A DNA stretch of 64,000 bases, taken from NCBI GenBank assembly GCA_905181765.1, contig CAJIYW010000005.1, forward strand, positions 183,837-247,836. Direction: 5' to 3'. The DNA is from Flavobacteriales bacterium UBA6772. GTDB taxonomy: Bacteria; Bacteroidota; Bacteroidia; Flavobacteriales; Flavobacteriaceae. Shown piece by piece: positions 1-11,197 of this stretch. Numbering within the stretch: the stretch's first letter is position 1; every line of letters begins with the position of its first letter. A model generated the notes under the pieces. The model worked only from the letters and a program-made list of their open reading frames with translations, ran no database searches and had not been told where the DNA came from. Made by a program: the position numbers and the translations under genes.

Positions 1-655
1 TTCTACATCTTCTTCCTCATTAAAACCATTTTCATAAATTTTTTGAGCATCTCTAAGTTTTGTGTTAAGAATTTTAATATTTGCCTCTAAAATTTCAATG
101 CTTTTTTCTGTAACCAGCACATTTCCGTAAGCATTAATAACTGCTTCTCTAGTTAACAATACTGTTTTTTCTTCTGCTTGTTCAGATATTTTTAGGAAGG
201 TTTTAGAAGCTTGTAAGCCTACTATATAAGAGCCGTCAAATAGAAGCTGTGTTAAAGTTACAGAAGCATTTAGGTTTTGTTTGGTGCCAAAAACTACAGG
301 AATAAACCCTTCTGCTTCTGCAGGACTACTTTCTCTATTGATATCAAAAAACTCTTCCACAGTTTCTACAACAGATTCTCTATTATCAAAAGCTGCAGCC
401 GGTAATAAAGAAACAGGCTGTTTTAAAAAATTCTGATAATCTAATCTTGCATTTACTTGTGGTAAACCACTAGCGGTGGTCTCCCAAACGATTTCTTTTG
501 CTTTTTTAATATCATTTTTAGCTAGTTTTGTATTGTAACTATTCTTTAAAGCATAATCAATTGCTTCTTTTAAAGAAAGTTGTAGGGTCTTTTCTTGTGC
601 ATTTGCAACATGTGATAAAAAAGACGGTAAAAATTACCAGTACTATTTTTTTCAT
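1..655 (-). CDS. TolC-family outer membrane efflux protein, 5' part (runs off window; 1-nt frameshift in a T run in the signal peptide)
   Basis: Manual translation MKKIVLVIFTVF/LSHVANAQEKTLQLSLKEAIDYALKNS...LPQVNARLDYQN...LTQLLFDGSYIVGLQASK; follows a TetR gene as in efflux operons. Confidence 0.8.
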
Positions 656-662
656 TTGTTAT

Positions 663-1263
663 TTATTTCTGTATTAATTGTTTTTCTAATTCTTGTACTC
701 CTTTTTCTGTACAATTCCTCTTAATATGATATTCTAAGTAATGATTCATTAATGTATTCATAGAGTAATCTGTTAAAGGGAATAACTCTATATTTTTAAT
801 ACCTACCATTCCGTTAAAATAAATTCTAGAGGTAAATTCTAAATCTATATCATCTCTATACAACCCAATTTCAATTCCTTTTTTGAGATTGTTTAGCACG
901 CAAACCTTGCATTACGTCAAATTGTTTTTGTGTTAAAGAGGCATAGATTTTAGGGTAATATTTTTGAAGTTGGTATTGTGGTGAAGATTTTTCGTCTTTT
1001 AAATGCTTCATAACAAATCTTTTGATTGAAAATATTTCTTCAATAGGATTCATTTTTAATTCACAAATAGTATCAATTCCAAAACTAACAGTATCAAACA
1101 TATAATCAGTTACTGCAGCTACTAATTCTGTTTTATTCTCAAAATACTTGTAAATTGTTTTTTTTGAAACGCCTAATTTACTGGCTATTTCGTCCATAGT
1201 TACACTCTTAAAACCTAAGTTTAAGAACAATTCTTTTGATGTTTCTAAAATTTTATGTTTCAT
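663..1263 (-). CDS. TetR/AcrR family transcriptional regulator (frameshift near 900)
   Basis: MKHKILETSKELFLNLGFKSVTMDEIASKLGVSKKTIYKYF HTH; C-terminal half in ORF 663-899. Confidence 0.9.
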
Positions 1264-1273
1264 AATTTGAGTG

Positions 1274-1314
1274 CAAAGATACAACCGGAAACTTTAGAAA
1301 CAAAAAAAGTTTCC
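1274..1314 (-). promoter_or_regulatory. Bacteroidota -7 promoter element (TATCTTTG, - strand) plus candidate TetR operator
   Basis: CAAAGATA at 1274-1281; inverted repeat GGAAACTTT (1287-1295) N10 AAAGTTTCC (1306-1314) between divergent genes. Confidence 0.6.
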
Positions 1315-1390
1315 AAAGTTTTAAGTATTTTTTAACGTTTCATTATTGAAGTAGTATTTCTTTATATTATTTTTACAAAAAATTATAGAT

Positions 1391-2362
1391 TTGGACATTT
1401 TACATTATCAAAAGGAATTTCTATCTTACTTAGAATCAAAACAATGGATTCATGAACCTAAAAACTTATATGAACCAATAGATTATATTTTAAAATTAGG
1501 AGGAAAAAGGATTCGCCCAGTATTAACTTTAATGGCCGCAGATATTTTTTCTAGCGATTTTAAAAAAGCATTGCCTGCAGCTTTAGCGGTGGAGGTTTTT
1601 CATAATTTCACTCTAATTCATGATGATATTATGGATGCTGCACCTTTAAGAAGAGGTCAAGGCTACTGTGCATGAGAAATGGGATACCAATACAGGAATT
1701 CTTTCTGGAGATGCCATGTTAATTCTAGCGTACCAATATTTTGAGAATTATGAACCGATTGTTTTTCAGAAATTAGCAAAACTCTTTAGTAAAACAGCTT
1801 TAGAAGTTTGTGATGGACAGCAATTGGATGTAGATTTTGAAACTAGAAATGATGTTACGATTCCTGAGTATATTAATATGATTCGTTTAAAAACTTCTGT
1901 TTTGGTTGCTGCAGCTCTAAAAATGGGTGCAATTGTAGCAGAGGCAAATAATGAAAATGCCAATTTAATTTATGATTTTGGTTTAAATCTCGGGCTTGCA
2001 TTTCAATTACAAGACGATTACTTAGACCTTTCGGAGATCCAGAAACATTTGGAAAACAGGTTGGTGGAGATATTATAGAAAATAAAAAAACGTATTTATA
2101 TTTAAAGGCGCTAGAGGTTGCAACGGAAGATGATAAAGGAAAGTTAGCATATCTATACAGAAAAAAATTAGCAGATAGCACAGATAAGATTTCCGACGTT
2201 AAAAGAATCTTTGAATTAAACGATATTCCTTTATTAATAAAGCAAGAAATAGAGAATTACACAGAAAAAGCTTTTAATACTTTAGCCCAAATGGACATTA
2301 AAGATACAGATAAACAGAACCTTAAGAACTTTGGCTTGTGGTTAATGAATAGATCTGTTTAA
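1391..2362 (+). CDS. Polyprenyl synthetase (GGPP/FPP synthase family), two frameshifts
   Basis: GGKRIRP, HDDIMD..PLRRG, GQQLD, AFQLQDDYLD motifs across ORFs 1391-1675 and 1668-2078; frame continues to TAA at 2360-2362. Confidence 0.9.
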
Positions 2363-2422
2363 GATTCTTATTTTTTATTGTATCATTTTAAAATAAATAG
2401 TACATTTGCACCCAATAATTTT

Positions 2423-2496
2423 GGTCCCATAGCTCAGCTGGTTAGAGCATCTGACTCATAATCAGAGGGTCCTTGGTTCGAGCCCAAGTGGGACCA
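2423..2496 (+). tRNA. tRNA with CAU anticodon (probably tRNA-Ile2; elongator Met not excluded)
   Basis: GGTCCCA..TGGGACC acceptor stem, D arm AGCTCAGCTGGTTAGAGC, anticodon arm TCTGA-CTCATAA-TCAGA, T loop GGTTCGAGCC; TACATTTG promoter at 2401. Confidence 0.95.
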
Positions 2497-2506
2497 CTTT
2501 AAAAAC

Positions 2507-2535
2507 AAAGCCTTACAGAATGTAGGGCTTTTTTT
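2507..2535 (+). terminator. Intrinsic terminator after tRNA
   Basis: AAAGCCTTACA-GAA-TGTAGGGCTTT followed by a T run. Confidence 0.75.
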
Positions 2536-2656
2536 ATCCCCCTCTTCTCTTTAATGATAGGCTCTAAACCACTATTTATCAATTCAATTTGAATCATTTG
2601 TCCTTTTACAATACTTTTCAAAGATGTTACCAAATATAGTAAATATTGAATGTATT

Positions 2657-2680
2657 TGGCACACATCTTGGCACACATCT
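2657..2680 (+). repeat. Tandem direct repeat TTGGCACACATC x2 (integrase arm-type site candidate)
   Basis: ttggcacacatc-ttggcacacatc; related ttggcacatatttggcaga at 10479-10497. Confidence 0.55.
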
Positions 2681-3008
2681 GACTTTTAATGTTCTGTTTT
2701 AAAACTCTAATACCCACTATAATCCTATAAATTTCATATTCAACTTTTATCAACAAAACCCACAATAACTTTCTCTTGACTCATATATCTCAGACTTGTA
2801 ACTTTATCTTTAAAAGATTTATATAAAAGGCTTCATATAATTTTATAATCAGGGCGCCCCAAAGGCGCATATCTAAACAAACAGCAAATAAAATTTATAA
2901 AGCACATAACAAGTACTTGAATACAGGATAAATATGTTCAATAGATACGTTATATATAAACACTACCACCAAAAGTAGGTTGTTTAAGAAAAGTAGTTTA
3001 AAATAGAT

Positions 3009-3207
3009 ATGAATACAACAGGAAATAAGTATGGAGGACGAACAAAAGGGTTCACCAATCACTATACTAAAATAATAAAAAGTAAATCCTATTCAGAAAT
3101 CTATTGATATAAGAGAACCTGTTGAGGATAAAGTTTTTGAGATAGCAGTTTTAGATGGTAAAGGAGAAGTTACAGATACTTATGTTAGCGTATTCAAAGG
3201 AGAGTAA
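3009..3207 (+). pseudogene. Small phage-like gene remnant (GGRxKG N-terminal motif)
   Basis: MNTTGNKYGGRTKG... then in another frame ...EDKVFEIAVLDGKGEVTDTYVSVFKGE*; GGRxKGxPN is typical of phage terminase-small/DUF5681-like proteins. Confidence 0.35.
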
Positions 3208-3451
3208 AATATTGTTTGAGTATGTAGTAGATTAAGACAATAAATATTCTTTTTAACAAGTAGAGGTTTTTAATGAAATAAGGGGCCAAAATGAACACCT
3301 TACGCATTCTTTTTTTTACTCAAAAGTGCATTAACTTTCTATATTTTAGAAGTAATATAAGTTAAGTGATTATTGTTCCAAATAATAAAATGGAACAAAT
3401 TTTTAGCCTTAATTTCACTCTCATTCTGCACAAATTTTTAAATTTGCTTCT

Positions 3452-6400
3452 ATGAAGAAAATTACTTTTTTACTCGTATTCATTTCAATATTTGGATATT
3501 CTCAAACAGCAATTACTGATGCTAATATTCAAACAGCAGTAGACCTTTGGGTTTCAGACCCATCTGCAGCAACAACTACCTATGGCGCTATTTCCGATTG
3601 GGATGTAAGTCAGGTAACTGATATGTCAGAATTATTTATAGATAAAACAACTTTCAATGATGATATTTCAAATTGGGATGTGAGTAATGTTACTAATATG
3701 TATGCTATGTTATGCAATGCAACCTCATTTAATCAAGACATTGGTGCTTGGGATGTGAGTAGTGTTACTAATATGAGAGTTATGTTTAATGGCATCTGCA
3801 TTTAATCAAGATATTGGTGCTTGGGATGTGAGTAGTGTAACTGATATGAGCGTATGTTTAAATGCAACGCATTTAATCAAGACATTGGTTCTTGGGATGT
3901 GAGTAGTGTTACTAATATGAGACGTATGTTTTATGATGCAACCTCATTTAATCAAGATATTGGTGCTTGGGATGTGAGTAGTGTTACTGATATGAGGGTA
4001 TGTTTGATCATGCAACCTCATTTAATCAAGACATTGGTTCTTGGGATGTGAGTAGTGTTACTAATATGAGCGGTATGTTTTATGATGCAACCTCATTTAA
4101 TCAAGACATTGGTTCTTGGAATGTGAGTAGTGTAATTATATGGATTATATGTTTTTTAAGCATCCGCATTTAATCAAGATATATCAGGTTGGTGCGTTAC
4201 AAATATTGTTTCAGAGCCATCTGAATTTAGTCTGAATTCACCATTGTCTGAAAGTAATAAACCTGTTTGGGGTACTTGTCCAAACACCTCTAACCCCAAT
4301 TACAGATGCTAATATTCAAACAGCAGTAGACCTTTGGGTTTCAGACCCATCTGCAGCAACAACTACCTATGGCGCTATTTCCGATTGGGATGTAAGTCAG
4401 GTAACTGATATGTCAGAATTATTTAAAGATAAAACTACTTTCAATGATGATATTTCAAATTGGGATGTGAGTAGTGTTACTAATATGAGTAGATGTTTAG
4501 GGTGCAAATTTAATCAAGCTATTGGTCTTGGAATGTGAGTAGGTGACTAATATGAGAATATGTTTCAGATGCATCTGCTTTTAATCAACCTTGATACTTG
4601 GGATGTAAGTAGTGTTACTACTATGCAGCAATGTTTAATAATGCAGCTGTTTTAATCAATCATTGAGTTCTTGGGATGTGAGTAATGTTACTAATATGAT
4701 AGGTGTTTTATGAAGCATCAGCTTTAATCAAGATATAGGTGCTTGGGATACGAGTAATGTTTCCGATATGTATGCAGTTTGTTTGGTGGAGCATCAACTT
4801 TTAATCAAGACATTGGTGCTTGGGATGTGAGTAGTGTTACTAATATGAAAGTATGTTTTCTATGCATCCGCATTTAACCAAGATATATCAGGTTGGTGCG
4901 TTACAAATATTGTTTCAGAACCATCTGAATTTAGTCTTAATTCACCATTGTCTGAAAGTAATAAACCTGTTTGGGGTACTTGTCCAAGCCCTAACCCCAA
5001 TTACAGATGCTAATATTCAAACAGCAGTAGACCTTTGGGTTTCAGACCCATCTGCAGCAACAACTACCTATGGAGCTATTTCCGATTGGGATGTAAGTCA
5101 GGTAACTGATATGTCAGAATTATTTAAGATAAAACTACTTTCAATGATGATATTTCAAATTGGGATGTGAGTAGTGTTACTAATATGTATAGTATGTTTT
5201 ATGATGCACCTCATTTAATCAAGACATTGGTGCTTGGGATGTGAGTAGTGTTACTAATATGATCATATGTTTGCATGCACCTCATTTAATCAAGACATTG
5301 GTGCTTGGGATGTGAGTAGTGTTACTAATATGGAGTAATGTTTTATAATGCAACCTCATTTAATCAAGATATTGGTGCTTGGGATGTGAGTAGTGTGACT
5401 AATATGAGTGGTATGTTTGATATGCACCGCATTTAATCAAGATATTGGTTCTTGGGATGTGAGTAGTGTTACTAATATGAGTAGTATGTTTTATGATGCA
5501 ACCTCATTTAATCAAGACATTGGTGCTTGGGACGTGAGTAGTGTTACTGATATGAGCAATGTTTATGATGCAACCTCATTTAATCAAGACATTGGTTCTT
5601 GGGATGTGAGTAGTGTTACTAATATGAGCGTATGTTTAATGCAGCATCATTTAATCAAGACATTGGTGCTTGGGATGTGAGTAGTGTTACTAATATGATG
5701 CGTATGTTTTATGATGCAACCTCATTTAATCAAGACATTGGTGCTTGGGATGTGAGTAGTGTGACTGATATGTATGTAATGTTTTATGATGCACCTCATT
5801 TAATCAAGACATTGGTGCTTGGGATGTGAGTAGTGTTACTAATATGAGTGTATGTTTTATGATGCAACCTCATTTAATCAAGACATTGGTGCTTGGGATG
5901 TGAGTAGTGTAATTGATATGGATTATATGTTTTTTGAAGCATCCTCATTTAACCAAGATATATCAGGTTGGTGCGTTACAAATATTGTTTCAGAGCCATC
6001 TGAATTTAGTCCTAATTCACCATTGTCTGAAAGTAATAAACCTGTTTGGGGTACTTGTCCAAACACCCTAACCCCAATTACAGATGCTAATATTCAAACA
6101 GCAGTAGACCTTTGGGTTTCAGACCCGTCTGCAGCAACAACTACCTATGGCGCTATTTCTACTTGGGATGTAAGTCAGGTAACTGATATGTCAGAATTAT
6201 TTAAAGATAAAACTACTTTCAATGATGATATTTCAAATTGGGATGTGAGTAATGTTACTAATATGAATTTTATGTTTAATGAAGCATCCTCATTTAACCA
6301 AGATATATCAAGTTGGTGCGTTACAAATATTAGTTCAGAGCCATCTGAATTTAGTCTTGATTCACCATTGTCTGAAAGTAATAAACCTGCTTGGGGTACT

Positions 6401-9400
6401 TGTCCAATAGCCCCAATTGCTTTTGCTTTAAGTACTAATACTATTGATGAAAATTCAGCTACCGATGTGACCCTTACCGCCACTCTCGATGAGCTGTCAA
6501 GCGAAACAGTAACCATTGATTTTACCTTATCAGGCACAGCTGTACAATCTAAAGATTATACGTTGAGTAGTGAGAGCATAACCATTGCACCAGGAGCTCA
6601 ATCAGGAGCAATTTCTATTAGTACCAATGGATTGGATGATGATGAAATAGAGGTATTACAAACCATTATATTAACACCAACACTTACCAATACTGCGACT
6701 GCTTTAGAAGCCGTAACTTTAAACTTGTTGAGTAATGACAATCCTACGGTAACATTAATTACCAACTCTGAGACCAGTATAGTTGAAAACGGTGGGATTT
6801 CAGTGATTAGGGCAACTTTAAATGCGCCAGCATCAAAACCTACGCATATTATAATAGACCTCACAGGAAATGCAGCTTATGAGGTTGATTATACTGCAGA
6901 TTATAGTAGTAAAGGTGAATTTAACATCAGTACAGTTGCCGGAGGTAACGGTGCTGGTGTTGCTAACGATCAATTCAATTTCGCAAGTGGTCTTTATGTA
7001 GATCTCTTAGGTAACGTATATGTTGCTGATTTATATAATCATCGTGTACAAAAATGGGCTAAAGGAGCTACATTTGGTATTACAGTGGCAGGAGGAAACG
7101 GAGCAGGTGATGCTGCGAACCAATTAAACATGCCCCATGGTATTTTTGTAGACACATCGGGAAACTTATTCATCGCAGATTCAAAAAATCACCGAATCCA
7201 AAAATGGGAGTCAGGTGCTACTCAAGGGGCCACTGTTGCCGGAGGCAACGGGATAGGTGTCGCTTCACACGACATCAACGTCTTTAATAAATTAAACAAT
7301 CCTCAGGGAGTTTTTGTAACTGATGACGGGAATGTTTATGTAGCTGACACGGATAATAACCGCATTCAAAAATGGACACCTGGTGCTACATCCGGAATTA
7401 GAGTTGCAGGAGGTGGTGAAGGTGGAGTCAACCACAATTTACTTGCGCGTCCTAACAATGTTTTTGTAACGCCTGCTCGAGATATTTATGTAGCGGATTC
7501 AGAGAATAGTCGTATCCAAAAATGGCGAGAAGGAAGTGTTGATATTCAAAATGAACTACCGGATGGAATGGTACAGGATCTGATTTAAATCAGTTAAATT
7601 TTTCTAGCGGTGTTTTTATAGATCCATTAGAGAATATGTACATTGCTGATTATTACAATCATCGTATTCAAAAATGGAAAGTAGCTACGCAAGACATTCC
7701 TTTTGTTGATGGTGACGCTGTTACAGTTGCCGGAGGTAACGGTGCTGGTACTGCAACCAATCAATTTAATGGGCCTAAAGCTATTTTTGTGGATGCCATA
7801 GGGGATTTGTACATAGCAGATATGAATAATCATCGAATTCAAAAATATCACTATGGGCCTCGCATTACCATACCTGCTGGCGAAACCTCAGGAACACTAA
7901 CAATAACAGCTCTTGAAGATACTTCAGATGATGATGATGAAACGATTGTAATTTCGCCAATATCAGTTGTCAACGCATTTTCAGACCAGACCAATACACA
8001 TACCATCACTATTATAGATGATGACGCACTACCGGTAATAACTTTTGAGTGGGGCGAAGATACTATCGAAGAAAACTCTGCTAAAGATGTAGCACTTGTT
8101 GCTAAACTAAGTAATACTTCAAATAAAGAGATTGTAATTAATTTTTCTGTATCCGGCACAGCTACCCAGACTACAGAATATACATTAAGTAGCACAGGAA
8201 TTACTATTCCAGCAGGTGTGAGCTCAAGAGACCTTAAAGTTAGCACTAAGGGATTGGATGATGATGAGATAGAGATTAAGGAAACCATTGTATTGACGGT
8301 TAATTCTGGTTTGACTAATGCGACCACTGCTTCAGATTTAACTACTTTGAATTTATTGAGTAAAGATCCCCCTATTATCACCTCAATTATTGTTGATGAC
8401 ACCAATATTGAGGAGAATGGTGGGGTTTCAATTGTTAGGGCAACGATAAGCGCACCAACCTCAGTTCCAACAAGGATAGAACTTGATGTATATGGATCAG
8501 CTACATTTATAGACGATTATGTTGTTGATTTTAGTTCTAAAGGTGAACCCTTGACTGTTGCTGGGACTAAACGAACTGGTGACTGGTTCAGCAGGTTCCA
8601 ATCATTTCAATGAACCTGCAGGTCTTTTTGTAGATACACAAGATAATCTGTATGTAGCAGATCAATTCAACCAACGTGTTCAAAAATGGGCATCAGGTGC
8701 TGTAGATGGAGTCACCGTAGCTGGAACTGAGGAAATGGGTCCTACTCCGAGAGCATTTGTCGAACCGAGAGGTATTTCTGTAAGTGCAGACGGATTTATT
8801 TATGTAGCTGATTCAAAAAATCATCGAATCCAAAAATGGAAGTCGGGTGAATTATTTGGAATTACGGTAGCTGGAGGTAACGAGGAAGGTGAAAGTTCAG
8901 ATCAATTAAACAATCCAATAGGGCTTCATGTGGACCTATCAGGAAATGTGTATGTTGCAGATACGTATAATCATCGGATCCAAAAATGGACTCCAGGAGC
9001 TACGTTAGGAATTACAGTTGCTGGAGGTAATGGACAAGGTGATGCTGCCAATCAATTGGATAATCCTTATGGAGTTTATGTAGATGACTCCGGAAACGTT
9101 TATGTGGCAGATAAAGAAAATCATCGGGTTCAAAAATGGGAACCAGGCGCTGCCCAAGGAACTACGATTGCTGGAGGCAACGGAGAAGGTGAGGCGGACA
9201 ATCAATTAAGTTTTCCTGAAGATCTTTTTATGGATGCTTTTGGGGGTATTTATATTGCAGATACTGCCAATGGCCGTGTTCAAAAAAAGGAAGTCGGTGA
9301 TACAGAATGGAATACAATAGGTGTGGGAAGTTTAAGTCAAGCTCGAAATGTTTATGTGAGCTCTAAGATGAATGTATATGTGACAGATAGATATAATAAC

Positions 9401-9942
9401 CGCGTTCAAAAATATCAGTACTTTCCAGAAATCACAATTCCTGCAGGAGAAACCACAGGTGATTTAACAATTACAGCTCTGGATGATACTTCAAGTACTT
9501 CCGTGTCAAGCAGAACGCAAGGTACGAAGCTCTGGATGATACTTCAAGTACTTCCGTGTCAAGCAGAACGCAAGGTAAAAATTCTGATGATGGTGACGAA
9601 AGTATTGTGATTACACCAATTTCAGCCAGTAATGGTATTTTATCAGCTGAAGCTGCCGGAACAACCATAAATATTATTATTTCTAATGAATCTCTAAATT
9701 TATTAAACTTCGAATTGGATAATCTTATAAGTTATCCAAACCCATTTGATAGATTTCATTTTATCGATAGTCCAATACAATTAAAGTTAGAAATTTTTGA
9801 CGTTAATGGAAGAATATTATTAAAACAAAATATAGAAGTAGGTGAAAATAAAATTGATCTTTCAATGCTGTCCAAAGGGTTCTATATCTTTAAGTATATA
9901 GATCAAAACAGAATCATGTCTAAAGTTATTATTAAGAAATAG
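3452..9942 (+). CDS. Large T9SS-secreted surface protein: signal peptide, 4 BspA/DUF285 repeat modules, Calx-beta/Ig-like domains, 2 NHL beta-propellers, type A C-terminal sorting domain (many frameshifts in this consensus)
   Basis: [18 protein letters not shown] signal; [24 protein letters not shown] repeats; VAGGNGxG..NQ(L/F)N.P.G.FVD..GN.YVAD..NHR.QKW NHL repeats; YPNPF...KGFYIFK...KVIIKK CTD; fragments are collinear on one strand. Confidence 0.85.
3511..6406 (+). repeat. Nested coding repeat: four N-cap/C-cap modules (~3511-4282, 4291-4986, 4992-6061, 6069-6406) with 7, 6, 11 and 1 internal ~75-bp DUF285 units
   Basis: Near-identical N-cap (aattac.gatgctaatattcaaacagcagtagacctttggg...) and C-cap (tggtgcgttacaaatatt...ggggtacttgtcca); Trp-codon spacings of 68-77 nt. 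Confidence 0.9.
9475..9577 (+). repeat. 50-bp direct duplication (period 53)
   Basis: agctctggatgatacttcaagtacttccgtgtcaagcagaacgcaaggta at 9475-9524 and 9528-9577. Confidence 0.9.
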
Positions 9943-9984
9943 GACTTAAGATAATTAATTAACAGTTTTAGCTGTTAAAAGAAC

Positions 9985-10018
9985 AAACCCCACAGCTCTG
10001 TAAAAGGTGTGGGGTTTT
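9985..10018 (+). terminator. Intrinsic terminator after the BspA gene
   Basis: AAACCCCACA...TGTGGGGTTTTT. Confidence 0.7.
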
Positions 10019-10119
10019 TAATTTGGTGGAGACGCCGAAACTTGAATATTTATTTTTAGTATTGTTAGAAGTTTTTCATAAAACATAACCTAAGATATGC
10101 AAATATATTTTGTATAAAA

Positions 10120-10478
10120 TGCTCTTTTAATAGGCAACGATAAGAAAACCTCAACATACTCTTGTATTTTTCAGAATAATCTTCCTCTAATTTTTTTTCT
10201 TAAGCAACTTTGATATAATCTATATCGCTCATATTGGGCTTAATATGAGTAGAGGTTTTTAGCATTTCCATTGAAATACCTTTAGTTAAAAGACTATAAA
10301 CTTCAGAAGTTAATTGGTTGCCTATCTCTTTTCTTCTTCTAATAGGATAAGAATTTGGGTGTATTTCTATATTAATTTTGCTTCCATTAAATAACCTGTA
10401 GCGTTTCTTGTTTTGATAAAATTCTATAAAAACTCTATGGTCAGCACTACTTTTTACTTTTAGGTAATTTACTTCCAT
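10120..10478 (-). pseudogene. 5' fragment of a tyrosine integrase (N-terminal arm-binding region)
   Basis: MEVNYLKVKSSADHRVFIEFYQNKKRYRLFNG.KINIEIHPNSYP, continuing past a break as KKLEEDYSEKYKSMLRFSY; starts beside the tRNA 3' copy; family assignment from recognition and position. Confidence 0.6.
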
Positions 10479-10545
10479 TTGGCACATATTTGGCAGATTA
10501 AACATTGTTAATCTTTAAAAAGGTACTGTAGCAAAAGGATTAAAG

Positions 10546-10606
10546 TGGTTATAGCATCTGACTCATAATCAGAGAGTCTTTGGTTCGAGCCCAAGTGGGA
10601 CCACTT
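10546..10606 (+). repeat. tRNA(CAU) 3'-end copy (attR-like), 58 nt with 3 mismatches plus CTT
   Basis: TGGTTATAGCATCTGACTCATAATCAGAGAGTCTTTGGTTCGAGCCCAAGTGGGACCACTT vs tRNA 2439-2499; own terminator hairpin 10608-10636. Confidence 0.9.
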
Positions 10607-11197
10607 AAACCACTCTATTTTAGGGTGGTTTTTTTTGTGAATTAGATTAAATGTAAATAACTGATATTGAACAGTTAATTAATTATTAATTTCCTTTTAA
10701 GTTTTTATTATTCATAAATCTATACTTCATTCTTAAGACAACTCCATGTTTATGCATCATTAGATTTTTGTCAATATTGCCAATATTTGTTGTTGTTATC
10801 ATATTTGTTTGCAAATTGCAAACAAATGAGGAAGCTCGTATTGAAACACATTGGTTTATAGAACAGAGTTAATTGTTAGCGAATGAATTAAGTGAATAAA
10901 TTACTCATATTTTCCAAAAAATTCTAAATTCATTTTATTTCAACTCTATGTTGAATGTTAATTCTTCGATTCGTTTTAGAATTGAATTTAAAAAGCCTCT
11001 CTTTGGTTTTCTTTTTCAACAGTTTTCCCCAAGCATGTTATTGTAAATAAGAGAGGCTTGCGCAAAATTAATTTATTGCATTTTATCTTACCTACATTTT
11101 TTTTAGACTTTATTCCAAATTATAATTTGGAATAGCCTATTTTTGTTTCGCCTATTTTCGCATAGTCTATTTTGGCTATTTTTATACCCCAAAACAA

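Larger units (their letters stand above)
2497..10606. mobile_element. Genomic island 1 at tRNA(CAU), bounded by the tRNA and a tRNA 3'-end copy
   Basis: tRNA 3' duplicate at 10546-10606; integrase remnant next to it; TGGCACA tandem repeats near both ends; large accessory cargo gene. Confidence 0.75.

Noticed and set aside
2499-2765. Minus-strand 88-aa ORF after the tRNA
   Set aside because: Overlaps the terminator and arm-like repeats (the MCAKMCAK motif is the DNA repeat); no recognisable protein features
3674-5969. CRISPR-like look of constant ~50 nt plus variable ~20 nt units
   Set aside because: Units translate as 25-aa DUF285 repeats, the variable parts are homologous to each other, and no cas genes are present
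3452-6406. Diversity-generating retroelement target
   Set aside because: No reverse transcriptase or TR/VR pair in the window; many AAT codons in the repeats stay invariant and variation is not adenine-restricted
6175-8405. Antisense ORFs 6175-6537, 6598-6864, 7851-8405 and similar shadows elsewhere
   Set aside because: Codon-bias shadows of well-supported genes on the opposite strand
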